Shown piece after piece: positions 1-13,345 of a stretch of DNA of 64,000 nucleotides. This stretch comes from the human T2T-CHM13v2.0 reference genome, Homo sapiens: the NCBI RefSeq assembly GCF_009914755.1, contig NC_060935.1; one strand, written 5' to 3'. Under the pieces are notes generated by a model that had not been told where the DNA came from, searched no databases, and saw only the letters and a program-made list of their open reading frames with translations. The translations under genes and the position numbers were made by a program. Position 1 is the first letter of the stretch. Each line of letters starts with the position of its first letter.

Positions 1-98
1 GTCACCATGTTGGTTGGCTCGAATCCTGACCTCAGGTGATCCGCCTGCCTCAGCCTCCCAAAATTCTGGGATTACAGGCGTGCGCTGCTGCGCCAAGC
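1..98 (-). mobile_element. Alu (S-type) left-arm fragment, cut by window edge
   Basis: cctgacctcaggtgatccgcctgcctcagcctcccaaaattctgggattacaggcg matches the antisense Alu 5' end. Confidence 0.92.
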
Positions 99-1582
99 TC
101 AGGTGTATCCAATTTGCTTTTGACTCCCAGATATTCCAGTTCCTAACTGTAGTTTTCTCACCTGTGAAATAGGCACTAAAATGCCTACCTCACAGGCTCC
201 TCTACTTGAGCCTGGCATAGACGCAGTAAATTTGTTGAAGCACTTAGATAACACCTCACCCTTGCTGCTGTCACAGGTATTTCCATGGGGGTGCCCCACT
301 GACGATCATCATGGCAAATCACACTCACTACCCTTTTTTGATTACCCTCATGTCCTTCATTATTCATGGTTGTTTTAGCAGGAAAACCACATTGATATTG
401 CCCACTCCTTCTCATTGCTAGCATACAGTGGCATGTAGGTTTCCTGTCTCTGTGCTTCTATTGCCTTCCCAGGTCTTTTCAGTCTCCTCTCCTGGGGAAA
501 CTCTCACTCCTGAATGCAGACACAGGCCCTCACTGGGGAAGTTCCAGATGTCTCTTTATGGTTCCTTACTAGTCCCCTCCTATTCAATTCCCTCAGAAAG
601 CCTCTCCTAAAGAGTCATTTCAGTGAACAAAATAAAATTTGACGGTAGCAGTAAAAGTATTTCTCCATGTATTATTTTGCACAAAACTTAGAAAAAAATA
701 TTAAATGCTAAAAAGGATACAAATAGTTCATTTCCCCCTACTAAATGTGGCATTTTGGGGCAGTTTCTTGCAATATTGGGCATCGGGGCCTTGTTGAATT
801 ATGTAAAGTGGTGTTTTGATAGAGTCAGAAGATACACACAGGCCCCAATCCAAACCCTAGCTCCTTGTATTTTTATTTATATGTATTTGTTTGTTTGTCT
901 GCTGTGTCACTATGTCTTGACCACAAGGTAATGCAACCTTGGCCACTGACATTCTCTTTATTTGCTTCTGTTTAATCATTGCAAAGAGAACGATATTTGA
1001 GCATTATACTGACTACTCCCTTACTCAGCTCACAGAGGAGTAGAGGGCTAAGAAGTGAGTTTCCAAATGCCTGCAGTGAGCCAGGCAATGGACTAGGTGC
1101 TGTACATATACTGCATATTATTAAATGTTCACAGTTCTTCAAGGCGTGTGTTCCCATGTTGTAGATGTATAGCCTGGAGCTCAGAAATATAAGAAAATTG
1201 TCCAAGTCATACAGGTTTGAAACTGGAAATTGAATGTACATCTCTCTGACTCCAAAGCCACTACTTTTTCCACTCCACTCTCACACTTAGCACAGCCCAG
1301 TTCTACTTCATCTCTACCATGTATTATTTGTACATATGCATGGCTCTTAGTTTTCTTTGAAAGTGGAAGTAATGTCTTCTACCTTTTTCTCCTTATTTTT
1401 TCATCAAGACTTCTAGTGCTTAGTGCAATATAAATGCTTAATATGTGCTTCTTTAAAAACAACATAGGTGAACATGTTTTGTTTTAATGATTAGCTATTA
1501 ACTCCACGCACCAGACATGAGCATAAGAACCAGACTTTTTCATCTCACATTTTTTCTGATGGCTTTTCTTGTGGCCATCCAT

Positions 1583-1646
1583 GCTTAGAACTGTCTGCCG
1601 ATTTTGCCCTTGAAGCTTAGAACTGTCTGCAGATTTTCCCCTTGAA
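1583..1646. repeat. 32-bp tandem duplication (2 copies, 2 mismatches)
   Basis: gcttagaactgtctgccgattttgcccttgaa / gcttagaactgtctgcagattttccccttgaa. Confidence 0.95.
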
Positions 1647-2829
1647 AAATGAAACTTTTTATTCCTTTAGTTAAAAGAGTATAATAAAAATCCCCAAACT
1701 AATAATGCTTTGATTTTTTTTTTTTGTTACTTGCCTTCTTAAAAACTCCTGTTGCTTATATAAAAATGGAAAACTGCCTTTTCCATTGCTTCAGATTACT
1801 TTTGTTAAAATACTTCTGGGCGGCCAAATTTCAACCTGAAGCCAATGTTCGTATCCAAATCACAAATAGGAATGAGAAATATGTTTGGGTTATTTCCCCC
1901 CACTCTCATTTTTACTTCCTCAATCTAAACTTTCCTTTATGTTAACTGTTAACAGAAGTGTTACTTCTGTTAATACTTGAAGACATTGAGATAAAAGTAT
2001 TTCTTTCTTATTATTGCATCTGGAAAGAGTTTGACTCTGCTTTTATTTATATGAAGTTCAATGGAAGCCAAAGGAAAAAAAAATAAAGACAAGCAACACT
2101 GCAGTGTACTCATATGGAACAAGAGGTCTGCATGGTACCAGCAAGATCAATGATACTGGTCACAAAGCAATGCTTTGGTGACTCAAAGCTCCCTTCTCAA
2201 ATCAGAAATAATCCTCTAGAAAGAGAAATACAGATTAGAGATAAAATGGCAACCACAAGGAGAAAATCAAACTATCATATTAATGGGCAGAATTTTTTGA
2301 CAGTAGAAACAAAAAGTTATCTCATCACGGTTTTCTTTTTATTCCATGCTGGGAGGAAACGTGTGGGGAGTACCAATTTCTTCAAGGGTGCTACTCCTTT
2401 CAGCTTTGAAAGGTAATGGGGGAAATGTGGTGGGGTTCAAAGGAGGAAAATGGAGAAATTGATTCTGTTTCTACTTTAGGCTGTGAACTGAAGAGACATT
2501 AGATGTCCTTAGTATTTCCTCCCCCTTGAGATCTTACTCAGATTGCCAGGATGGTATATGAGATAGGGCCTGGGTCTGAAACCTTTTTTTTTTTTTTTTT
2601 TTAAATGAGGGGTCTTTAGGCATATACAGGAACCAAACATGGCTGCAGGAAGTGGCTGGAAAGGGTTGCATCTTGGGTATCCCTTCTTTGGAGACTATAG
2701 CTAACAACTTGATTTATTTGGCTCTTGATTTCTTTAATTATAATAAATACGTAGGTATTACTATCTTGTGATACATTAATTGAGTCAGATGATGGATGTG
2801 AGACTGCTTTACTAAGGCTGTATTGCTCT

Positions 2830-3030
2830 GAAGTTAGATTGTTGGAGTTTAAATCCCAGTTCCACCATTTACTAGCTGTGTGGCCTTGAGCAAAATACTT
2901 AACCTCTCCATGCCTTGGTTTCCTCTCCTACCAAATGGTTATAAATTTGTGAGAATTAAATGAGTTAGTAAACACAAAGCACTTAGAAGTCTGTTTGACA
3001 TTCAGTAAACATGCAGTAATGTAGCTTTAT
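2830..3030 (+). mobile_element. MIR SINE
   Basis: MIR core: aaatcccagttccaccatttactagctgtgtggccttgagcaaaatacttaacctctccatgccttggtttcctc. Confidence 0.85.
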
Positions 3031-3154
3031 CATTGTTTAAGTTTAGGCTACTTAAATAGCATATCCTTATCTAGTATTGCCAATGACCAAGGATATGCAA
3101 GACTTATGTGGGGTAAGAGAGCAATTTCTATACTTATTAGAAACATGAGTCCTG

Positions 3155-3520
3155 GATTCATTTATTCTTTTAACAGACATTTTATGAACATCAAATATGC
3201 CAAGCACTGAGTTCGATACTGAAGATTCAAAGACATATCAGACACAGCCACTGTTGGCAAGGAATTCTGAGCCTAGGGGAGAGAGAGATAGACAAACAGG
3301 AATTATGGCAGCAATTATGACAGAGTGTGCATTCCTGGCTGGCTGGCTATAGGAACGTGGTGGAGAAAGTACCTAACTCAGAGTGTTCGGGAGCTGGAAG
3401 GGTTTCGGAGAAGGCATAATGCTTGAGCAGCAAGTTGAAGGAGTTCCTAGGGAAACTGTGTTTCAGGCAAGGGGAAGAGTAGTTGCAATGGCCAAGAGGT
3501 GAGAGAAAGCATGGTGTATG
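3155..3520 (-). mobile_element. L2 LINE 3' fragment
   Basis: antisense L2 tail pattern attcatttattc...aacagacattttatgaacatcaaatatgccaagcactg. Confidence 0.7.
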
Positions 3521-3529
3521 TGGGTGGTG

Positions 3530-3630
3530 AGAGGGAAGGACAGAGAGAGAGGTGGAGGAAGAGAAGGAGGATGGGGAGGAGAAGAAAAAGGGAAGGAGGG
3601 AAGGAGAAGGGGAAGGAGACGGAAAAGGGA
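3530..3630. repeat. GA-rich low-complexity purine tract
   Basis: near-continuous G/A run; explains the K/E/R/G-rich and F/S/L/P-rich ORFs here. Confidence 0.85.
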
Positions 3631-5918
3631 TTCCTTGTGGTCACCCCAGCTACTAGGCCTGTGGTCCTTAATCTCCAACTCCATCCCCAGATAGTCTGGT
3701 CCCTTTGAGGATCCCAGAAAGTGAGGTAGGGTCATGGAAACATGTGGTAGGGTGGGGGAAATGGAGGTTATCATCTCTTCATTCTGCTTCTCCTGCCTTT
3801 CCTGAAAGCCTTCTGTATCCTCATTTTTCATCTCTTCCCTTCCCATTCCGCATTATCCACACTGAGCTTCACCCAGGCTCTGGAGCACTCACTGAACTTC
3901 CTGCCCAGAGTCTTTCCTTGTCTACGTCTTGCACTCTCTGTCTGCAACACTCTCCCTCCTCCTTCTCATTTCATCTAGTTCATTTCAACTCATGCTTCAG
4001 GTATCTCTTAGACACTGCTTCCTCTCTGCTTCCATGACCCTTTCTCTCTCTCTATCCTAGCATTTGTCTTTGAGCTTTACTGCTCTGTCCTCAGCCCCCA
4101 GCACAGGGTCTGGCACATAGTTAGCAGCTAGAGAATACTTGCTGAACAAGACATTGAAGGACAAGGAGTTGCTTTTATATACATCCCTGACTAGTTCCCC
4201 TTCCTTGCTGGCCAAATGCAGTGGTCACCAAGCTCTATTCTCCTGGATGTTCCCCCGCTTGTCTCTGCACTTGCCCTCTCTTGCCTGGATAAAGACAAGA
4301 ACCTTCTTATGCCTCCAAAGGCATTCTTGCAATTGGATCCTACCAGTCCTCACTTAAAATTATGCTGTGACTCCCTATTGCCCCCGATTAACATCCAGAG
4401 TCCTTGGTTAGCACTCGAGGCCTTTCCCATTGTAATAAATAGAACTCCATCTCTGTCCTTCTATGAGGCTCTGAGGTCTTTAAGAGCTTGTCCTGCATCT
4501 CTCCATGTCCAAAGTCCAGTCAAGCACGTGGAGCACAGTATGTGTCCAGTAAATGTGAAAAAATACATCAGGGTCACATGAATCTCAAGTAGAAAAATAT
4601 TGTTTTGTGTATTTGAAAAGTATAGACTAAAAAACTGTTTAGCAGGGCACTTAGTTTTAAGGGAAGTGTCCCAACCAGGAAACGGAGTTAAATTCAGCAC
4701 AGCTGATTGCTTCATGATGCCATTCAAGGATATAAATGACGTTAACTTCTCTTGTCACATTTACGAACAGGGCTGGTGAGCAGGTGCTCAGGGAGTCTGT
4801 CTTCTATGGTTACAGAGAATGCTCCTGCAATGGTCCTGGAAACCACCCACAGCTAAACCCAGGTGTGCTGAACTTCTAAAGTTTATTCCTTGCTGACCAG
4901 CTGGCATTGTGTGACTTTCTTTGGGAGCATAACTTACCTTTCCTCTATTTCTTTCTCCTGCACCTATGGCCCACCCCTCATTTCTTTTGTAGAAGACACA
5001 TAATCATGGCAAGGGACTTAAATTTTTTGAAAATCAATTTCTTTCTTTGAAAATCATCACCTTCTTGAGACTCTTTTTGTGAAGCATAAGAGTGCCATTG
5101 TCATTATCATCAGCAGCGATAATATGAATGTCTAACATTTGTCCTACTGCATACTATATGCCAGGCACTATGCTAAGTACATTTGCTGGGTACTTTTACA
5201 TGGATAATCTCATTTAAATTAAAGAGATAACTAACCTCATGTCCCTTAACTCTTAGCACAGTACCTTGTATAGAAGAAATTCTTAATAAATGTTAGTCAT
5301 TATTATAATTCTGTGAATCCTAATAACCATATTCTGAGGTCAGTATTACTATGAATTTTTTTTGTGTGTGTTTTAACAGATGAGGAGACTGAGGCTTTCA
5401 GAGTATAACGATATTTAAGAGTGGAGCTGGCATTCAAGCCTGAGCTGCCTGTCTACCAAGGCTGTGTAATGTAAGAGATGTGAAAGCGCTTTGTGAGGCA
5501 TAGGGCTCATGTGTTTGTTACTATCCCCACACATAGGTGTTGAGTAGGTGAGGGATCAGCACCGATAAATAGGTAGGTGAGGCAGTTAAACACAACTGAT
5601 GCAAAATTCTCATCAAATGAGAAATGTCTTAGGTCAGAAGGAAGTGTGCATGTGTAAGTCTGTGTGTCTATGCGTGTCTAGAAGCAATTTTTTGGGGGAA
5701 AGATAGTTTTAAGGACCCAAAAGGCTAAGTTTACAGGCTTTCCTTTGAGCTCATGAGGTTTGCTCTAGAGAAAGGTCATGAGTGGAGACAAGCAAGGATG
5801 AGTTCCTCTTTATGACTCCCAGCAGTCCTTGCAGTGTTTGGTGAAGTATATACTGCAGAGATTCTCTCCATTTTACAAATGCAGAAACTGACAAGCAGGA
5901 GACCTGCCTGTTGCCTTC

Positions 5919-6291
5919 TGATATGGTTTGGCTCTGTTTCCCCACTTAAATCTCATGTTGAATTATTATCTTCATTGTTGGAGGAGGAACCTGGTGGGAG
6001 GTGATTGGATCATGGAGGTGGATTTCCCCCTTGCTGTTCTCATGATAGTGAGTACGATCTCAAAAGATCTGTTTGTTGAAAAGTGTGTAGCCCTTCCCCC
6101 TTCACATTCTCTCCTGCCACCATCAGAAGACGTGGTGCCTTCACCCTTCTCCCATGATTGTAAGTTTCCTGAGGCCTCCCAGCCATGCCTCTTGTAAATC
6201 CTGTGGAATTGTGAGTCAACTAACCTCTTTTCTTTATTAATTACCCAGCCTCGGGTAGTTCTTTATAGCAGTATGAGAATGAACTAATACA
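5919..6291 (+). mobile_element. MaLR solo LTR (MSTA-like) with 5-bp TSD CCTTC
   Basis: termini TGATATGGTTTGG...ACTAATACA; gattgtaagtttcctgaggcctccc core; CCTTC at 5914-5918 and 6292-6296. Confidence 0.92.
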
Positions 6292-8370
6292 CCTTCCTAT
6301 TTACTATTCTAGTGTTTCTGGCTCAGTTTTCTGATTTCAAGTAGCATGGACTTTCTTCTATAAAACACTTAAAAATTCTCTCAACAAACCAAAGTTCAAA
6401 TCAACTGCATCAGACTCCTCCCCCCAAACTTTCTAAGGACATAGGAGCACTGAATAGGTACTCAGGAAGTTCAGGTCTCAGTGTCAGCTCTCCCATAACC
6501 TTCTCCATGACTTTAGTCAAGCCCCTCTCTGGCTCTTAGTTTCAACATCTGTGGAATGGACAGTTTGAGCCCAGTGACTGTGATTTCCAGCTGGAAAAGA
6601 ACAAGATCCTACTGCATTCAAAACATACTTTTAGGCACATGTTGTTAGACACTAACATTCATATCTTATCCAGAATAAAGTTCAAATGGATTTTTTTTTC
6701 TTTAATGTTGCTGCTGCTACTTCTCTTCTTTCTCTTTGTCTTCCTCCTTCTTTTTAAATAAGCCACATTCCCTTGTAGTTGTCTTTCTCCCAAAAGGCAT
6801 TAAGATGCTGACCCAGGCAATTTGACTCTGGAGGGTTCCTGATGGCTCAAGGCCTGGTTAACCGAGGGCCTCCTTAATAAGCTCTTGCTCTGTCCTGGAC
6901 CTGCATGTGCCTCAACTGTGGGGTGTGGGTGGGGGCTGCTGCACCACCCAGGCCCCCCAGTAATGAAGGAGTACCAACACACTCAATGACCATCTGTCTT
7001 ATGCCACTAACTTAGCAGAGTACTCAACTTCATAATCACTCCCTTAGAGCCCTGTGCATGCTTTCCCTACCAAGCTGAAAACATACAAAAAATCTTGGCA
7101 ATAGTCCAAGGCAGCATTTATCACTTGCTATATCACCCCCGATGGAATCCCCTTCCCCTCTGTGAAGCCAGACTGGTTTCCATACAAGGGAGCTTACTCT
7201 AGCTCAGGGCACACATTTCTTGGAGTTGTTTCACGTAGGAATGAAAATGTACACTCAGAGCCCCCATCCTGTGTTCATGTATATGTTCCTGAAAAAGAGG
7301 CAAAACTAGTCTTGAAGATGGGCAAAAATTTCAGGTCTCTGAGTGTTGGATCTGCATTGCTATGAATCAACTGATGAGGTCTTGGATGTATCAATGGAGG
7401 CATAGTGATCTGAATGAGAGGTGCAAAATGCAATACCTCTTCTGTCTGTTGCACTGACCACACCACGCCAGGAATAGTGTGCAAAGCCCTTGGTAGCATG
7501 CTCTACATACAATGAGATCCATAATCTTCATTTTTTAGAAATCATACCTTCCAGGGGATAGATTTTATATTTGTATGCATGCATATTTACAAAGACATAC
7601 ATGTCTGGCTGATATATAGTTGCACACATTGGTATGATACATCAGTTGTTCCATTCAGTGCTTCAGGATGTTCTTATATCCTCTTCTCCTCACCACTGTG
7701 TCTGCTCCAATCCCTCCCTTGAAGCTTCAGACCTCCCCATGTGGTAGCAACTAAAGGGTTAACACTGGACCATCAGGGTTACCCTGCTCTAGCCCCCAAA
7801 CACATGCCTGTTCTGATCAGTCAGTGCTTGTGTCATCTGAGTTCCTATGATTTTAATATTGTGATTGGTCTGATGAATTAGGCACATTATAAACAAACAC
7901 AAAAAATAGTAATAAAAAAGGTTATACAAAAGGAGCAAAGAGACGTTCTCATATTTTCTTATGGCATTTCAGTGGATCAGGTCAGTGTGTTGTGAAGACC
8001 ACTGATTTAAATGTTATTATTTTTTAAGTCCAGCCTCTCTCTTCTTTATTCCTCTTATAGCCTTAGTTCAATCATCATCACTTCTCACATATATATAACC
8101 ATCTAGTTGATTCTCCTGTATCCAGACTTTCTATCCTTAAACCTAATCTTCACTAAAAATCAAGGGAGATATTTTCTGTGACCATAACCCTGACTTGAGA
8201 CTTCTCTGCTAAAACCTTTCATACCACCCCAGCACAGAAAGATGAGGACTTTCCAAGTACAGTGTCTAGCAAAACAACATTTTTGGGGAAGTGAAAAGAC
8301 ACGCAATGAAAGCAGTTTTACTTGCTCAGGTAAGTCGGGAAAACATCAGGTTGTAGACATTTAATTTTTC

Positions 8371-8668
8371 TTTCTTTTTTTGAGACAGGGTCTCCTTCTG
8401 TCACCCAGGCTAGAGTGTAGGCATCGTATAATCATGGCTCACTGCAGCCTCCATCTCTTGGGCTCAGATGATTTTCCCACCTCAACCCCTGAGTAGCTGG
8501 GACTAAAAGCATGTCGCACCATGCCCAGCTATTTAAAAATGTTTTTGTGTAGAGACAGGATTTCACTATGTTGCCTGGGCTGGTCTCAAACTCCTCGGCT
8601 TAAGAGATCCTCCCGCCTCGGCTTCCGAAAGTGCTGAGATTATAGGCATAAGCCCTCGTATTCAAGCC
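8371..8668 (-). mobile_element. AluJ-type element
   Basis: full antisense dimer with J diagnostics (gagacagggtctc, atcatggctcactgcagcc, cactatgttgcc); TSD AATTTTTC at 8363-8370 and 8669-8676. Confidence 0.93.
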
Positions 8669-9102
8669 AATTTTTCGTTTTTTATTTTTTAAATTTTATA
8701 TTTTCTTTTGCTTATTTTATGTTTTTCTTTCCCTTTTTACTCTCTTTTCTTTCTCTGCTTTGTGCATGAAGTTTTTTTTTTTTTTTTAATTTTTAATTGT
8801 AGGATTCTTAGAAGCCTTGAATGTGGTCTGTGAACTGTGCATCTTACAAAGGGACCCAGTGTATACAATTTCCCAGACTTTTTGGTTATTAAGCATCTTT
8901 TTCAGCACATTGCTACTAATATCATTCAGAACAATGTTTTATTGAACACCAGTGTGGGAAACATTGGCCTTTAGGATCAAATCTCAACATCTCAGTAGGC
9001 CAACAATGTCCTTCCTCATCTACCCCTAAATACCAGTCCAGCTTCATTTCTTTGGTATTCTCTCTTCTTATGGTCCTCCCACTCCTACCCCTTGGTTTAG
9101 CA

Positions 9103-9584
9103 CAGTGGTTCTCAAAGTGTGTTCCAGGGATGTCTGCAGGTCACCAAGATTCTTTTAAGAGGTCCCCGAGGTCAAACCTGCTATTTTCTTAATAATATTA
9201 TGATGCTACTTGCCTTTTCACTCCCATAGTCTCATGGATTTACAGAGTGTTCCAGAGGCTATGTGATGTGTACTTTTTGCAGCAGACTCAGTGCAGTAGC
9301 TGCTATGATAATCCAGCTGTCTTTTATTAAGTGATATTAAAGGGACTTGAAAAATTATAAAATAACTTTTGTTTTGAAAAAAATAATATCTTTTTATGAA
9401 GCATGTTATTTATGTGAACATGTAAGAGGCTTATTGTTATTTTAAATGACTGATAAATTTTTTAAAGTTTCTTTGTTTTAATTTCTTAAATGGTAAATGT
9501 TACTGGATATAACCCACATAAACAATTCATAATAAATTTTAAGAGTATAAAAGGGTCTTGAGGCCAAAAATTTGAGGACCACTG
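9103..9584 (+). mobile_element. hAT-Charlie non-autonomous DNA transposon (Charlie1b-like)
   Basis: TIRs cagtggttctcaaa / tttgaggaccactg (13 of 14 match); internal ggatataacccacataaacaa and atccagctgtcttttattaag resemble Charlie1. Confidence 0.8.
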
Positions 9585-11169
9585 TCCTGGTCACACTGAA
9601 CTATTGACAGCTAGGAGTCTATGCAAATCAGTCTTTCTTTCCTTCCTGCCTGCCAGGCCCTGGGACACACTGTGCTCTTTACCTAGAATTTTTTCCCTGC
9701 TAGTTGAGTAAAATGTATTGGGCATCTCTCATGTGCTTGGCATTGTGCTAAGTGTATTTAAAATAATCTTGGAAAAATCAATACTATCTCATTTTCTAAG
9801 AGGGAACCAAATCTCAGGAAAGTAAGGTATCTTGACATGGCATCTAGGTTAACACTGACCTATATCCAGTGCTGTGCTTCCTACAGCTGACTATCCTCTG
9901 ACTCACTCAGCCAAGTCTTCTGACTTTCTTCTGACCCATGTAATCTTTGATTCTGTCATTATTATAAAAGACTATTCTTGTTGCTCATGAACTCTGGGAT
10001 ATTCACCATAACTTCTAAAAAACATCACATCAGAGTGGCCTTCCTAATTCTCTAGTGGTGAAGCCATTGTCTTCAGGCTCCTTAGGTTTTGTCCTTGCCA
10101 TCCTAGTTCAGAGGAGAATAAGATTTCTTTCTTTCTCCCAGAACGCCAGATCAAAACCTGGCATGCTGCACAAGGGTGTGTTTAATAGGTGGGTTCTGAA
10201 TATGGATTGTTATGTCTACATGTCAGCTGCTTTGCTTTTAGTCCATTTCTGTATTGCCTTATGCACTGTCTACACCTGAATCAAGCTCGTCACCTAGTTT
10301 CTGAATTGGGGGAAAATGCTCTAACCATTTGCCTCACTTCCAGTCATACTCTCATCTCCAGCTCTTTTACTTCTGTGAAGTGGAGGGATGGCTATTGTTT
10401 TTATCTACTCAGAATTTTCCTTTCCCTGCTAACAACTCTTCAATTCTCAGATGGGAACTGCTTTTTCCCAGTGTTCGAGCCCTGGTTGGTCTGTTGGTTC
10501 AAGAGAGTCAGCTGTAGGAAGCACAGCCCTGGACTTAGATTACAGTAAGCCTAGATGCCATGTCGAGATATTTTACTTTTCTGAGGTGCCCAGTTTTCTC
10601 CTGGACAGAGTGTGCACAAGATGGGCTTTATGCAACCTAGATACTCTTTCCTGGGAATTTTAACTTAAGCAGAGTGATTCAAAGGCTGAAAAGCAGTAGT
10701 TGTTCATTCAACCCAGCTGTGGCATCCTGAAGAGACCATCCACTGCTTCCTGATACGTAGCTCTCTGGAGTATCTCAGGTTCTTCTAGTTTCTGAGACCT
10801 GGTTCTTCAAAGTAAGAACCATCATTTTCCTTCTCCATGCCTACACTCCCCACTAAAAAAAAATATTGTTTAATAAAGGAAACTTTTATTTCCTACATTT
10901 AATAATACACATCTTTGTATATATCCTTCTGATGCTCTGAAGTCATTTGTTCACCACCGCCCACATGATAAAGTCTAAAATTTAGCTTGACTTCATGGTC
11001 CTGAGTGTCTATTAATCAATCTCCACAGACCACCACTTTATTCCTGATTTCACCGATTTTCTCAAATACACTTGTATCCATTGTTTTAGAAGAATTAAGA
11101 GCAGGAGAACCTGATTTTGAGATCCAGTCTTGGCATTTCCTAGCTGTGTCATATTGATAATGATGATGT

Positions 11170-11640
11170 TGATAGTAACAGCTTCCTTGTGTTAAGCAAT
11201 TACTATATGCAAGAAACTTCATATATATTATTTGTAATACTTACAATAACCCAGTAGCTTTCTACTGGGGCCAATTTTGCCATCCAGACGGTTTTTGGCA
11301 ATGTCTGGGGACATTGTTGATCTCGCTAACTTAGGATGGAGTGGTGTTACTGGCATCTACTGTATAGAGGTCAGAGATGCTGCTAAATATTCTATAATAC
11401 ATAAGGCAGCTGCCACAGCAAAGAATGATCTAGCCCCAAGTGTTTACAGTGCTGATGTTGAGAAACCTTGAAATAATTAATACCCTCATTTTACAGAGGA
11501 GAACCTTAAGGCTCAAAGAGATTTAATGGCCTATGCCAGGTGTATATCCTGTAGGTAAGTATCCAAACATGGTAACTAAGATCTAAACATAGGCTAGTCT
11601 TGGCTCGAAAGTCCCTGCTGTTTCTATTGCTATATCCTAT
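11170..11640 (-). mobile_element. MIR SINE split by a MER20 insertion
   Basis: antisense MIR up to ttacaataac (11250) resumes with cctcattttacagaggagaac after 11470. Confidence 0.65.
11252..11470 (+). mobile_element. MER20 (hAT-Charlie) DNA transposon
   Basis: tttggcaatgtctggggacatt, tactggcatcta, gaggtcagagatgctgctaaa and terminal gttgagaaaccttg; about 220 bp. Confidence 0.9.
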
Positions 11641-13179
11641 AACTCCAAGTATCTGAACTCCTTTCATAGACGTGCAGAACTCAGGCTGGGATCCTGAGAT
11701 TCAGAGCTCAGGGAAGGGGTGTGCCAGAAGGGTGGCTTATACAAGTCAGAAGTACAATCTAAGCGAAGGGTCAGCTCAGTCCAAATAGCTATGCTAAAGG
11801 GTCAATTCAGGTAGAAAGTAACTGGGTACATATTGAAGTCTTAGAATAGAATATGAGAGTTTCAAATGGAGCACAGGAGGCCCTATGCTCCATAGGGTCT
11901 CTATGAGATAGAGATTCTCTCATATAGATTCTCTGTGAGAGTCCACTAATAGTACAGCAACAGGGGTTTTTGATAGTGTGTTAGATCTCGACACCAAGGG
12001 GAAGAGATTGTGTACAAAAGTACTAGACAGATGAGACTTTACATCACTTATCATCTCTACAGTTCAGTTTCTTTTTCTGTGCAATTAGGGAAACCTTCCT
12101 ACTCACCTTGTAAGGCCCCAGAGAGGGAATGGATTTCAAGGAGATCTGTAAATGACAGCTGTCATTCAAATCATATATATTCTAATTGAGATATTCAAAG
12201 TCGGTTTATCTTTTCTTCCCCAAAGTACATCACATCCCTGGCTCCCTGTTCTTAAGTTGGTGCTAGCTCTGTGTGTATGTAATGAAAACAACTTGAATTT
12301 GCTCCTATTTATGCAATACACTATCCCCATTGGTCTGCAGTTTGGCTATGACTCCTCATCACCATATTTGTTTCACACTATCTTTGTGTTGTTAACATTA
12401 TATGTCAATAAATCATTGCCTTTTCCTGTGTTGGAGTGCCCAGAGGCCACTGTATTTGGGTTCATCTAGAAAATCCAAATAATATAAGTAGAAAACATAA
12501 ATAATAGATGGGCTTCTTATTCCCTGGGGGGTCCTGCCAATGTAGTTCACAAATGTAGTTTCTCTTAGTGTCTGTTCGGTCTAATTTTAAGGTCTATGAG
12601 AGCAGAATTTAGACCTGAGTAAGAAAGTATTGATGGACATATTTTTTTCTCCTATCAATGATCTTATGTACCACGTGTTGAGAAGGATAAATGTGGGGAT
12701 ACATGTGATTACAAATGAACAAAATGTGGCTGATATCAGAATCCTGCCTTTTTTCCCCCAGTGGTTTTCAAGAGAGGAAGAGACAATAACACTTGTAAAA
12801 TTATCACTTATACTTTAATAATAATAAAAAGTCTCCATTAAAAAATGAATATTTATCCTGCCATGAATTTAACAAATCTTAGCCTCAGGCCTGTTTTTAT
12901 TAATTTCCTTTTATTTATTTATTTTTACTCCTCTTATGCTTTTTCATGCAAAGGCAAGGCAATCAATGAAGGCACTTAACGTAATTCTCACCTCCCCACT
13001 ATAAGTGAAAGCTGGTATGTTCGAGCTCTTATTCCCTGAATTTGTATAGAAAGCTAGTATCTGAATATCCCACTCAACTTTTCAGGATGATCTTGTTACT
13101 TCATGTGTTCAACTTAATTTTATTTCTCCATCAACTATCCAACAAATAATTACTTAGAATCTATCATGTGTAACAACTA

Positions 13180-13345
13180 CGACTCTAGCTTCTCACACTT
13201 TCAAACTATCTTCTCCATGATTATTAGGGCTAATTTCTTAAAATACACATCTTACACTTCCCAGCTGAAAAGCCTTCAACAACTTCCTATTGTCTGCCTT
13301 AGAAGATAATGTGTAAATATCTTATCTAGCATTAAAGACTATCAA
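13180..13345 (+). mobile_element. L2 fragment (appears to resume at about 18715-18755)
   Basis: gctgaaaagccttcaacaacttcctattg resembles L2 3' body; later ttcataatttgaccttgccta is the adjacent L2 segment. Confidence 0.5.

Noticed and set aside
1949-1973. 11-bp hairpin ttaacagaagt-gtt-acttctgttaa as a miRNA precursor or terminator
   Set aside because: Stem too short for a pre-miRNA; intrinsic terminators do not apply in this context.
4932-4940. Consensus minus-strand donor AAG/GTAAGT, and a similar AAG/GTAAGC near 33690
   Set aside because: No matching upstream acceptor; isolated donors occur by chance.
6920-6935. G-rich stretch as a G-quadruplex
   Set aside because: Only three G-tracts are present.
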